Below are positions 23,400 through 35,325 of a stretch of DNA of 64,000 nt, piece after piece. Position 1 is the stretch's first letter, and each line of letters opens with the position of its first letter. Origin of the DNA: Callorhinchus milii (lineage: Eukaryota); the NCBI RefSeq assembly GCF_018977255.1, contig NW_024704743.1, positions 100,130,001-100,194,000 of the forward strand. The letters are read 5' to 3'. A program made the position numbers and the translations under genes. The notes under the pieces are model-generated. The model was given only the letters and a program-made list of their open reading frames with translations, did no database searches and was not told where the DNA came from.

Positions 23400-24120
23400 C
23401 AACAACAACAACAACAACAAAATTATGTTTGTGTAGTTCCTTTCCTGTTGGGAGGACGTGTTACGACATTAGACAGACAGAGTTACAGATTGAGCTGGGG
23501 GTTGGGGTGGGGGAGGGGGCGGGGGGGGGAAGCAGGGAGATCGAAAGCACGGTCAAAGAGGAGGATCTTGAGGTGGGTCTTGAGAGGCGAGGGAGGGGGT
23601 GAGACGGAGGGACTGCAGGATGGAGTTCCAGAGGTTGGGGGCAGAGTGGAGGAAAGCCTACCCGCCAATAGTGGGGCGAGCGAGGTGGGGCATGTGAAGC
23701 AGGCAGGAGCCTGCTGAGCTGAGGGAGTGAGCAGGATAATAGGGGTTAGGAGGTTGCAGATGTAGGGGGGAGCAAGACCGTGGAGGGTTTTGAAGGTGAG
23801 GACCAGGATCTTGAACTGTATCCTCTGTGTGATGGGAAGCCAGTGGAGTTGGGCAAGGATGGGGGTGATAGGGTCTCGGAGCATGGTGTGAGAGAGGACA
23901 CGGGCTGCAGAGTTCTGGATGATCTGCAGCCTGTGGAGGGAGGAATTGGGGAGGCTGACAAGCAATAAGTTTGCATAGTCGAGTCTTGATGTAATGAAAG
24001 CATGTATGAGGGTTTCGGCAGCCTGCAGTGTGAGACAGTGGCAGAGCCGGGCGAAGTTGGGGAGGTGGGGGAAGGCAGAGCGGGTCATCGCGCAGATGTG
24101 TGGTACAAAGGATAGTTGAG
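23400..24120 (-). mobile_element. 5'-truncated L2 LINE
   Basis: ETLIHAFITSRLDYAN...[13 protein letters not shown]; (CAA)n on the plus strand. Confidence 0.94.
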
Positions 24121-24242
24121 GGAACATGCTATACAGGATTTAGATAGCTCCCTTTGCCCTTATTGTCTTGGATTACTGTCTATAGTACAAAAACCATGTT
24201 TGTTGGAAAGTAACGCTTTGTCCAATTACAGCCATTGCTTAC

Positions 24243-24407
24243 CATCTCGCCACCACTGGATTTCTGGTTGGAATCGCTTCAAGTTAGGGTGAACAATGAC
24301 AGTGCATCCGAAGCTCAATGTATCTTCTTCCTTCCCGAAATATACGTCAAACTTTTCAACTATGTGTATTTCAAACTTGGTGTAAGAATCTGCCGGGTAA
24401 AATTCGT
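24243..24407 (-). CDS. MYOM1: MYOM1 exon (My3 Ig)
   Basis: EFYPADSYTKFEIHIVEKFDVYFGKEEDTLSFGCTVIVHPNLKRFQPEIQWWRD; cag|AC...G|gtaagc; phase 1-1. Confidence 0.92.
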
Positions 24408-24636
24408 CTGTTCGGGAGAGAATGAATCTTTTTGGTATTGCTTCGTAGTTACACTGTTCTTTCCAATCATTTATATTACTTTGCACAGGCCCAGAAATAC
24501 AAAAGTACAGATTCCTGCATACTGCCTAGAGATAGGCAAAAATTTAGAAATAATAAGCCCCAGATCGGAAATGAATAACGCGTTAGTTCACCCGGATGAC
24601 ACCTAGCCTTGGGAGCTATTGGTTATAATAATAATC

Positions 24637-24936
24637 TAATAATAATCCTTGCATTTGATTTGGCGCTTTTCATGTCTTCTAGATGTCTCAAAGCGCTTCA
24701 CAGAATTTACTGTAAGGTGAATTGACTGTATATTTGTGGGTGAAATACGGCAGCCAATTCGCGCAGCAGTGTCCCCCAAACATTCGTGGATTGAGTGACC
24801 AAATTATTATTTTTTTTTCTTGAGGGATTATTATCAGGAAGTAAGGAAACTTGCGCAAGGTTTAGCCCTGCCAGGAATCAAACCCAGTTCTCTCGCTTGT
24901 GAAGCGTGTGCTCTAACCACTGAGCTACAGGACTCC
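24637..24936 (-). mobile_element. tRNA-derived SINE
   Basis: Same family. Confidence 0.9.
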
Positions 24937-24959
24937 ACAATAAGAATAATTATTATAAT

Positions 24960-25400
24960 AATAACAATAATAATCCTTTCATTGGTTACAGCATCTTATC
25001 ATGTCATTGAAATGTCCAAGACACTTCACAGATTTACTTTAAAGTACAGTGACTGTTTATTTGTAGATGAACGTGGCAGCTAATTTGCCCAGAACAATGT
25101 TCCACAAACATCCATAATTGAATGAGTGGTTTAATTTGGGAGATTGTTAGTCAGGTCACCAGGGGAAACTCAATCCTCTTTCGAATAGTGCCATGGGATC
25201 TTTCACGTCCACCTAAGCAGGCAGACAGGGCCAATGTCTCATCTGAAGGACAAGACCTCCAACACTACAGTACTTCCTCAGAACTGCATTGGAGTGTCAA
25301 TCTAGATAATGAGATAAAAGTCACGACTTGGAGCTTGAACTCACAACTTTCTGACTCAGAGACAAGAGTGTTACCAACTGAGCTCGAGTGACGTCTGACA
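24960..25400 (-). mobile_element. Deu-domain SINE
   Basis: Same motifs as the 13.1-kb copy. Confidence 0.78.
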
Positions 25401-25437
25401 CATTACAACTAATTACAATAATGAAGTAGGTACGTAC

Positions 25438-25497
25438 AACCAAGAGGTGCAATTCTTCCAGGATGGAATGAGAAATCATCACACTCTCCTTTGAATC
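25438..25497 (-). CDS. MYOM1: MYOM1 60-nt linker exon
   Basis: (R)FKGECDDFSFHPGRIAPLG, cf. human RYKGEFDETRFH; cag|GA...T|gtacgt; phase 1-1. Confidence 0.88.
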
Positions 25498-25603
25498 CTG
25501 CAATGAATAGCAAATATATGCATTTATGTTGGTACAGACTCAGTAGAATAACTGAAATAGCTACAGCAGAAATAATATGAGGAAAGTCATTGACCAGACG
25601 TAC

Positions 25604-25692
25604 TTTTCACTACTACTGATGCAAAGGCTGACAATTCTCCCTTAACATTCATGGCTGAAACACGGTACTGGGCAGTGTCATCAAAGTTACAA
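25604..25692 (-). CDS. MYOM1: MYOM1 exon (My2 Ig)
   Basis: CNFDDTAQYRVSAMNVKGELSAFASVVVK; cag|...A|gtacgt; phase 2-1. Confidence 0.96.
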
Positions 25693-27454
25693 CTGAAAAG
25701 GAAACAGAAGATGGAGTTAGATAAAAAGCAAAGACATCTAGATTTCGCAAGTTTAACTCCGAAATCAGCATCTGACCATCTAACATACATTTGATGTTCT
25801 TGGGTTGCAAAGAATATCAATCCCAAATGTTGGGATTGAAATTGAAAAGGCTGATCAACTTTCCCCTCTCTCTTTCTCTCTCTAACTCCTTCTTTCTTAT
25901 TACCTTCGTTTGAGATTGAGTATAGAATCACGGTTAAAGCCTCTCCGTATTTTTGTACCTTGCTCCCCCTACCTCAGTTAACTGCTCTATTTATATGTGG
26001 GAATGTTTGACTAGCACATAGGGAACGTATGGCAGCCAAACCTATATAAGTGATGACTGGTGGCCTCAGGCCCTCCCACTCATCCTTGTAACATTACGGG
26101 TGGGAATAGTAGTTACAGGTATCAAAGCTCTTCTGTGTACAGAGGAAATGGTGAATAAAATACTTTTTTTTAAATGCAGCATTCAATGTCAAAACTACCA
26201 CCATGCTAATCATCACAGTCAATATAGAAGTAAATTGCATTCTATTATATTGTTGGCCTTTACGTTACACTCCTGCTGGTATTCAAGTGGTAGCTGGATA
26301 AAGGTGAACAGCCCTCCTACAGCCCATATGTTTGCAAAATGGTTGGGGCCCAAACCACAAACCCCAGTATTTCAATTTGAAGAATAAGATCTTTACTCAA
26401 CTTGGAAGTGGGAGATATGGGATAATGAACTCACTGTTGGACAGCACTGATCCCCACTCAGTATTCCTGAGATTGGAAAAGTGAATGGAGGACCACAGAG
26501 TAGGAATTAGTTTTATTATTAGAATTATTTCATTCACAAGATCATAAGATCGGTTCGGATGCCAAAGACCGTTCAACCCATTTGATCTCATCTTTGCAGG
26601 ATACCCACACTACCAACCTTCCCATCATATCATCAGGGTGTTTCACTGAATTTAAAGCACTTTGACATACTACCCACGTGAGGGACTCTATTGTTGAATG
26701 TGCACCTTTTAGCCAAGGAACTCAGAGATTTTATCTTTGTTTAATGTTAAGACAGCAAAGTGACCCTGAACTAATTGGTATGCGGGTACAACCAATCAAA
26801 CTATTATTCTTGTGTATTGATACAGTGGGGTCTAATTTATTATTTTAACAGAATGGTTTATAAACAGCAAATCCTGCTTGTGTTACGCATGATACGGTGG
26901 AACTCTTTTTGAAGTCACAAATCCTTCTGCTAGTAACACAAATCAGACTCCAGTGACACAAAATGGGTGCATTTGAATATAGAAAGATGGGATACATTTT
27001 CAAGCAGGATCATGAAAGGGTATGCTCAATGACCACTTTTAAAAATGACCATTTTAAGTCTGAAGATGTAATAACTATACTTCATTAATGCTGGGGTAGG
27101 CAATTTCTAGCAGCCAGACTGCACAGCTTCACAGCTCTGATGCTAAACATGGATGAAAGGGGATTCCTTCATCATGGGGCTGTAAGATATTGGCTGAACA
27201 TTTTAAAAACGGTGGGTCACTGCAGGGGTCAACAGAGATGGATCAACTTTAACACCATAAGCATGCTGTGAATTATTCTATTTCTGGCACCAGAGAAACA
27301 CCCCTGGGGACAGACTTTTCTGTTATGTTTATACAGTGGCTGCTTTTTCTCAATGATTCCCCACCCAAGCAAATTGGAGGAATGCCAGATGTGTTTCCAC
27401 TCCTGACTGCATCAGTCAGTGACCCCTACACCCTCTCCCATCCCTTGCACTCCC

Positions 27455-28026
27455 TGAAACTCCCTCCACAAGCTGCAGGTCATTCAGAACTCTGCAGCTC
27501 ATGTACTGTCCTGCACCAGGCTTCACGCCCACATCACTCCCACCCTCGCTCACCTCCACTGGCTCCCCATCCCCCAGAGGATCGAATTCAAGATCCTCAT
27601 CCTCACCTACAAGGCCATTCACAGCCTTGCTCCCTCCTACCTCTCCGATCTACTATCCCCCTACTTACCTGCCCGTACCCTCCGTTCCTCTGGCTCGGTC
27701 TGCTCCACATCCCCCGCCCCAACCGTCCTACCATCGGTGGCCGGGCCTTCAGCCTCTCAGCCCCGAGGCTCTGGAACTCCATCCCCCAGTGCCTTCGCCT
27801 TGCTTCCTCCCTTTCCTCCTTCAAGGCCAGTCTCAAGACCTTTCTCTTCGACCGTGCCTTCAGCTCCCCTCTCGACTCTCTACCCACTCCTCGCTCCCTC
27901 CCTTCCCTCCCCTCACCCTGACCATTTCCCCCCTGCTCGGGTCCCGACCCAATCTGTCCAGTGCCTTGGGATGTCCAACCGACGTGAAAGGCGCTCTATA
28001 AATGAAATCTTGTTGTTGTTGTTGTT
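27455..28026 (+). mobile_element. 5'-truncated L2 LINE (young, close to the 39.7-kb copy)
   Basis: Near-identical DNA to ~39725-40340; (TTG)n tail. Confidence 0.95.
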
Positions 28027-28356
28027 GCACCTGACTTCAGTAAGCACGCAGTGTGACTTGGACCTGAAGCTGGTGACATAAACCAGTTCTGCCTAATTTA
28101 CCTGCCTCCCCACGTATTAAGTACTTCTCTTTGTCTCAAACAATGTGGGAATCGCAGCTTAATCATAAACTTGGGGATGTGCAGCAGGAATCCTGACCTT
28201 TAAAAGGTTAGTTCAGTGGTATTCTATGAAGTGACACTCAAATGTAACAATAGCAACAGCTGAAAACTAATTGGTCTTCTAATGCTCCTCCATTACTACA
28301 CTGGAATGGAGCTAGACTGTAAGTCTTAAATTTAAGAAAGAAAAAGAATCTCTCAC

Positions 28357-28449
28357 TTGTTAATCTCCAAGGAGTGGACATTGTATTTGTTGTCGATTAT
28401 ATATTTGCCTGGATCATGATGGACGTTGATGGGGACGTTGTTTTTATAC
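28357..28449 (-). CDS. MYOM1: MYOM1 exon (My2 Ig)
   Basis: YKNNVPINVHHDPGKYIIDNKYNVHSLEIN; tag|...AA|gtgaga; phase 2-2. Confidence 0.96.
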
Positions 28450-29402
28450 CTAAGCGATAGAAAAGAAAAAGAAGTCAGCTCGTATAATCAAAGATGAATT
28501 ATGATTTTTCCAGTTGCAGACTTGGCCACATTAAATTAGACTACAGAACACTTTCTCAAAACAAGGAAATATTCCAATAAGGTTTCACAATAGGATCTAA
28601 TTTGTAACACCCATGTTTCTTTCAGAATTTACGAGGAATGAAGAGCAGTATGGCTTATTATTTTACCATGTTTTCCTGTAACTTTAATCTGGCCTTCAAA
28701 TTTCTTCCAGGCTGCCTGACATCTCAGTGAGTTTGAGGCACAAGAATGCCCGGTTTGAATTCTGAGTTAGGTCAGCATTTTGGCCACTGCATCTTCAGTT
28801 GGCGGTTTGCACGTGTGGGTACAGGTGACAAGATTGCACCAGGCTGCGATGCCCCCTTGAGGTTAAACAATGATAAATAATAATAATCCTTACATTTAGT
28901 ATAGTACCCTTCATATCAGGAGGATGTCCCAAAGAGATTCACAGGACATACATAATGTGTAGTCACTGTATACCTTGTAGGCGAACAATCTGGAGACACT
29001 CGCTGTCAAGGCTCAGGCGTGAGTCATGGAATTTGGTTCAGGCATCAGAGTTACCTAGATTTACTACAGAGTGATATAGCACGGAATCAAGCCATTCAGC
29101 GCAACCAGTATGCTCTGGAGCAACTCGATACTGTACTCCAATAGAAAGAAAAATAAGTCAAAGAAAAGAATGGCTGGCTATACAGTAAAACTTGCATAGG
29201 TCTGATCTGTATGAATCATTTAATCGCCTAAATTGTACGTCTTTCCAAATCCTGTTCGAGTTTATATTCTATGCAAGTTTCATCTAACTCATATTTTGCA
29301 TAAGTCATATTAAATGTATTATCTCAACTGATACGACTTATGTGAAGTTTACAGTAATTATATTGTATCTCGCCAGCTCTTTGTAAAAATAACACTAGAT
29401 TT

Positions 29403-29788
29403 TAATAATAATAATCCTTGCATTTGATATAGAAACTTATCACATTTTTAAGATGTCTCAATACGCTTCACACAATATACTCTAAAGTGTACATATCATG
29501 TATATTTTGTGGGCGATCGTGGCAGCCAATTGCGCACAGCAGTGTCCCACAAACAGTCGTGGATTTAGTGAACAATTTTTTCAAAAAAAATTTGAAGGAA
29601 TTATTATCCCCTTAAAAGGAATTATCATCCCCTTAGTCAATTGACTAAGAACCGGGTTCCTACTTACTGCTAGGTAAACAGAGGCGTGTGAAGTAAGGAA
29701 ACTTGCTCAAAATTTCGCCCTGCTCGAGAAGAGAGCCCAGGTTTCTCGCTTGGAGGCGAGTGCTCTAACCGTTGAGCTACAGGACTCC
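29403..29788 (-). mobile_element. tRNA-derived SINE, long variant
   Basis: Same family plus an internal segment (gactaagaaccgggttcctacttactgctaggtaaacagagg). Confidence 0.9.
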
Positions 29789-29858
29789 TTCTACCCTGTT
29801 TTGCCAAAGAGAAGCTTGGCAGTGGGGGTGAGAGTGATTATAATTGCTATTGATTTAC

Positions 29859-30016
29859 CAGGTGACTCGAGGATCAGGCTTTCCCGAGACAGTGCAGTGC
29901 AGTTTCACATTCTGCTTCTCCCAAACCGTGTGGGATCGCGGCTTAATTATGAACTCAGGGACATGCAGCAGGAGGTCCTCTCGCATCTTTTTGTGAAATT
30001 CTTCTTTCTCATGAAT
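29859..30016 (-). CDS. MYOM1: MYOM1 exon (My1/My2 Ig)
   Basis: IHEKEEFHKKMREDLLLHVPEFIIKPRSHTVWEKQNVKLHCTVSGKPDPRVT; tag|...TG|gtaaat; phase 0-2. Confidence 0.96.
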
Positions 30017-30439
30017 CTAGTGTAAAATGCAAAAGATGATGGGGGGAAAGAATCAAGAGACTGGCTTAGTATATAACACATCTCAGTATAACATCCATCC
30101 ATCCACATTCATCAAAAGGCAGTAACACAGCTCACCGCAGAATAACCATAAAAAGACCGGCCACATTTTACACTGTAAAACGAGAACAATCATGTATTCA
30201 ATGAAGCAAAATTCAAATTCAGAAAGTGGCTCTGATTTCTTGAACAACTCTCTGGCTAACTTCTTTACTGGTTGTTTGCAGCTCGTAGAGCAGTAGATGA
30301 TATTAGGATGCATAATTATGCCATTGTGGCAAAATAATGTTCACCATCCCGTAAATAAAAAGGAACATGGTTTAACCAAATATTTCACCGTGAAGATACA
30401 ATCCATTTGAGATGGATTTGAGGACGATCAATAACATGG

Positions 30440-30725
30440 TATCCATCAGGTAAGGAGGATGTCTCAAAATGCTTTGCAGGGATTCAGTGACCAATTTTAT
30501 TGGGGAATTGTTGGGCAGGATTCAAGAAGAGACTCCCTTTTCTTTTTGAATATCACCATGGGATCTTTAACGTCCACCAGAACAGGCAGACAGGATTTGA
30601 GGTTTAACATCTCATCCAAAGGATGGCACCTCCAACAATGCAACATACCCCAACACTGCAGTAGTGTCAGCCTATACAATGTGCTGAAAGTCCCAACATG
30701 GAATTTGAATCCACAACCTTCTGGC
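30440..30725 (-). mobile_element. Deu-domain SINE
   Basis: Same motifs. Confidence 0.72.
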
Positions 30726-31434
30726 AAGGTGACACCTAAATCATTGATATTGAATCCCTAAAACCTGTGGATAAAACTATTCTTTGGGCAATGGTGAGTG
30801 TTCATTCTTAAACTGGGCAAGAATAGATTTTTAGGAAACCTTTTAACTTCATTTTTAGCCCAAAGTGATAATTTTCACATCGCATAGCACATTTTTCTTC
30901 CTACATTTCCACCAACCTGATCTTACTGGTGCAGAAGAGGACATGAGTTATATATTCTGAGTGTAGGGATAATATAGAGGACACCAGAGCAATAAGCTCA
31001 CAAATACCATGTGGCTTCCAGCACCCACCCATGAAGCCCACTGCAGATATCAAAGTGAGAAGCTGTAGCTTGTTGTCAGTAATGGCACATATTTCACAGC
31101 TTATCATGCCGCTTATCATCACCTATATCTGTTGGGAAGGGGAGAAGGTTCCTTTGATTCTAACTTTGGTGATAGCTGGAAAGTAAGGAGACAGCTGTCC
31201 ACAGACACAGAAGCTGAGAATCATAGGTTAATACAGTGAGATATTAGCACTGACTCGGTTTCTCACAGAGCTCAAAAATCTTGCCTCTATTAGCATGAGA
31301 TATGATGTCTGGTGATATGCTGACTGTGACACCTCTATTTCTGGCACAGTGATGCAGTGTTCAGGAATGCCTACACTTGTCTGGTTGATAGACACTCAAC
31401 AACAGCGGGGAGCTAGACTTTGGCTTCTAGTTTA

Positions 31435-31830
31435 AGATAATAATAATAACAATAATAAGACTTGCATTTGACATAGTGCTTTACACTAGCACTTCATAGG
31501 ATTTGCTGCAATGACTGTGTCTTTTGTGAACGTGAATGTGACTGCCAGTTTGTACACAGCAACATTCCACAAGTAACCATGAAGTGAGTGACCAATTTTA
31601 TCTGGAGGATTTGGGGGTGGCGGGGGGTTTGGGAGGGTGGGAGAGGTGGTGGGGGTGGTTGGACATCGGAAAGAACTCCCTTTTCTTTTTGAGAAGATCT
31701 TCCACCTGAACAGACGGGTGGGACCCTTGGTTTAAAATCGCAACTGAAAGTTTCACCTCCAAACAATGGCAGAGCTCCTCCAGAGTACTGCACTGGAATG
31801 TTTGTCTAGACTGTTAGTTCAAAGTACCGA
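31435..31830 (-). mobile_element. Deu-domain SINE, degraded
   Basis: Same motifs. Confidence 0.65.
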
Positions 31831-31865
31831 AGATAGTTAGTGAGGCAAGAAATGAAGAGAGTACG

Positions 31866-32105
31866 ATAAATTTCTTTACACAGAGAGTTGTTAGTTTGTG
31901 GAAATGCCATGCAGAGTATCGTGTTAGAGGTAGTGTCCATGATAGTTTCAAGAGGGAACTAGATAGATATCTAAAAAGGAGTAATTTGCACAGATTGGAG
32001 TAAAGGCCAGTAAGTGGGACTGAGTGGGTTGCTCTTTCAAAGAGCCGGCACAGACATGATGGGCTAAATGACCTTCTCCTGTGCTGTACATTTCCATGGT
32101 TCTAA
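31866..32105 (+). mobile_element. CR1 3' fragment
   Basis: FFTQRVVSLW, FKRELDRYL; gacatgatgggctaaatgacc tail. Confidence 0.8.
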
Positions 32106-32514
32106 CATGGGAATGATACATGTAAAGGACCTCAGCTGCTCCCAGGACACTTCTAACACTCAGATAGGTTTTGAAATGTTATAATAGCTTTTAAAATCTT
32201 TCACAATAAAAGTTTTACAGGATTCCAAAAGTGTCCACTAATCTCCATGGTGGTGCTGAGTTATTGAGCTTGGCTTCAATGTCACCAAACAGCTGTGGTC
32301 ATGGATTTCATTCCCACTCCGGCTGCAGTTGTCCTGACTCATATCCCTGTCTCATTCAAACTCACCAACTCCCCCATTCTCCAAAAATAAAGATTAATTG
32401 TCTTCTCATCTCTTTGTTGTTTTCAGGCATTGCTGGGGTTCACTGTTCAACGTTCACTGTTGAGATTGCCAACAATGACAATTGTCAAAACATTGTCATT
32501 TTGCAAAGCTTTTC

Positions 32515-32900
32515 ATAACATAACATAATATGTAGGAGCAGGAGTAGGCCATTCGGCCCTTCGAGCCTTCCCCGCCATTCAATCATGGCTGATCTTCTAA
32601 TCTAACTCCAGCTAATAACCTAACCCTGCCTTATCCCCATATTTCTTAATCCCTTTTGCAATAAGAAATCTATCTACCTCAGTCTTGAATATGTTCAAGG
32701 ACTGAGCATCAACAGCCCTTTGGGGTAGTGAGTTCCATACATTCACCACCCTTTGAGTGAAGAAGTTCCTCCTCAACTCAGTGCGAAAGGGTTGGCCTCT
32801 GATTTTAAGGTTGTGACCCCTGGTTTTAATTTCTCCAACCAGGGGAAACAATCTCCCACTATCTACTCTATCATGCCCTTTGATGATCTTATAGGTTTCT
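32515..32900 (-). mobile_element. CR1-clade LINE 3' end
   Basis: YKIIKGHDRVD...TRGHNLKI...RRNFFTQRVVNVWNSLP...FKTEVDRFL; (TTATG)n tail. Confidence 0.94.
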
Positions 32901-33699
32901 ACATAATTGTAGGTTGATGCTGTTGTTGATCTGAGCTCTGGTGAATGGAGAGGGGGCAAGTTGAGACTGTTGCAGGAGGAACAGAGTGGGGAAAGTGACC
33001 CCTAAATGTCTCGTAGCTGTCAGATACAGGGGATGTTGTTAGCAGCCTGGGAGCAGGCTGCGTGTCCACCCTTTTCTGCTGAGTGAAACTAAGTAAATCA
33101 AGTAAAATAATAAAAAATTGAGGAAACTCTTCCCTAAATCCCTATTAAAATAAAGTTTAACAAACTTCTGAGAATATCCAGCAAACACAGGAATCAGTTT
33201 CTACCATTTGAAACTGGTATATTTGACTCTTCATTGTTGTGTGTGGGCACAGGACCAGACAGAAGATAGTTCAGACAGAAGGTAGCATAGACAGCAGTGT
33301 GAAAATGAAGGCGTTTTCACTGGACTGTGTGAAATGATTCAGGATCTGAAACAATTCGGCAGCAGACTCTCCAGCAGAAAGACGTGAGCTCATAACAGGG
33401 CTGCCTGTGATCTCCACCCACCTGTCTCGTCCCTATGTATTTCAGCAATCTGCTGTTAGATGGAAATAATTAATTTTGTGGAGTGGGGTGGGGGAGGGGA
33501 GAGGCTAGAGCTAACATCACTGGGTTTGCCCAGTTTAACCTATACCAGCTGTTAACCAGTCACACAGTCGCTTTAGTAACAATAAAAAAAGCGCACATAG
33601 TATGATAGCCTCTCACCCCAGCCTGATTCTCATAATTTTTATTTGACATTTGATGAAGATTTGATGAGGCCACAGAGGATTCACTAAAACATGCATTTA

Positions 33700-34087
33700 G
33701 GTTTCAGCCAAGACTCAATTGGTAGTACTCTCCCCTCTAAATCGGAAAGTTGTGCATTCAAGCCCTACTTTGGACTTTGAGCTCACGTATTCTAGACTTA
33801 CACTCCAATGCAGTTTTGGAGGTATGTTGCATTGTTGGAGGTGCCACCCTTTGGATGAGATGACATGCCCAGGTAACATCTGTCTACTCAGATGGACATT
33901 AAACATCCCCCAAATAAAATAACCATTTACTTTGCGTCTGTTCGTGGAACATTGTTGTATGCAAATCAACTGGCACATTTATCTACAAATACACAGTCAC
34001 TACACTTCACAGTAAAATCCTGTTAAGTACTTTGAGATGTCTTGACGACAAGTTTAGCCCTTAAATCAAATGTAAAGATTATTATAT
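33700..34087 (+). mobile_element. Deu-domain SINE
   Basis: gttggaggtgccaccctttggatgagatg...gatggacattaaacatcc. Confidence 0.72.
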
Positions 34088-35108
34088 TGGGATTGAAATT
34101 GTTTTATTCACTACCTGGTTTCACTAGTAGTGTCTTCTGCTGGTAAATGAAACATGATCATATCAAGCCTCAGGAACTCTCTCCCACATAATCATTTTCT
34201 GGACTGGAGTTTCTACAGGTCTGGGGATTCATGTCTGGTTATCGTCAAAAGTTGCGAGTTGGGATTTGGAATCACTGCTAGTGGTCAGCACCATCAGTGG
34301 GGTCCAATCCTATCTCATAACTGATCACCTTACGCACAAAATTTCTCTCAGCCTTAGCTTGAAAACCATGTCAGGTAGCGCTATCACTTTAGATCGTCAT
34401 CATGAGATGTTGAGAATGGATGTGCCTGTAAAACAGTTCAATGTTTCCAAATTGCAATGTCTGCATTCTAAATCTAAATAGAGAGACTGTATCCCTGGTT
34501 TAAAATAGAAGTGATAGAGATAGACTATCTTTAACATTCTGTTCAGAAGCAACCTTTTCTCATCTCAGGGCAAGACATGCCACATTGATGTTTTGCTGCT
34601 AGCCACTTTCAGAAATCCTGCATTCAGTGCCCCCCTCCCGACAGCAGGTCAGTCACTATGTCCCTCTGTGTGTACTGAGACTTAATGACAAAGCAAGTCC
34701 AGTGTTCTGACCTCAATCTTGGCTGTTAGCTGATCTGAGTCAGGGCATCAACTGGAGTACAATATTTGATTTAGTGGCTTTCAGATTGGGAGAATGTCAC
34801 AAAGTGCCTCTTAGGATTTACTGTAAAGTGTAGTGAACGTACATGTTTCTAGGCAAATCCAGCTGCAATATCTCACAAACCTTGACTTCTGTGGCCTTGG
34901 GTTGGGAAGGAGGAAAATTAACCAGAATTAGCTTTTGATCCCTAAACTACAGGTGAAGAAGGAAGAAACAAAACAAGAGAAAATTAACAGGAAAAAAAAA
35001 TCCGTCATCAATTTCAGTCGCTGAACGCAGCCTGATTCTTTGCGAAACCTAACTTTGATGCTGTATCTCTCTCGCGCTCTCTATGGCAATATCACTCTTT
35101 ATATTCAC

Positions 35109-35325
35109 CTTCTTACTCAGTGAAATGCGCTCAGCAGACTCCCGGATGGCAACTTTCCTTGACTTGTTTGAGGCTGTGGCACTGCGATATGCAGTGTGCT
35201 CCTCAGAGGCTTTCATCTGTGAGAATTGTGAGTCTGCCATGTAGAACTTCCTCTGAGCCTGGTATCCTGCAGTCGACTTCATACTCTCAGCTTCTGTGGC
35301 GGTATTCTTACTGATGTACTGGTGC
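35109..35325 (-). CDS. MYOM1: MYOM1 exon (My1)
   Basis: tag|G...AAG|gtgaat; HQYISKNTATEAESMKSTAGYQAQRKF...KSRKVAIRESAERISLSKK; phase 2-0. Confidence 0.92.
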
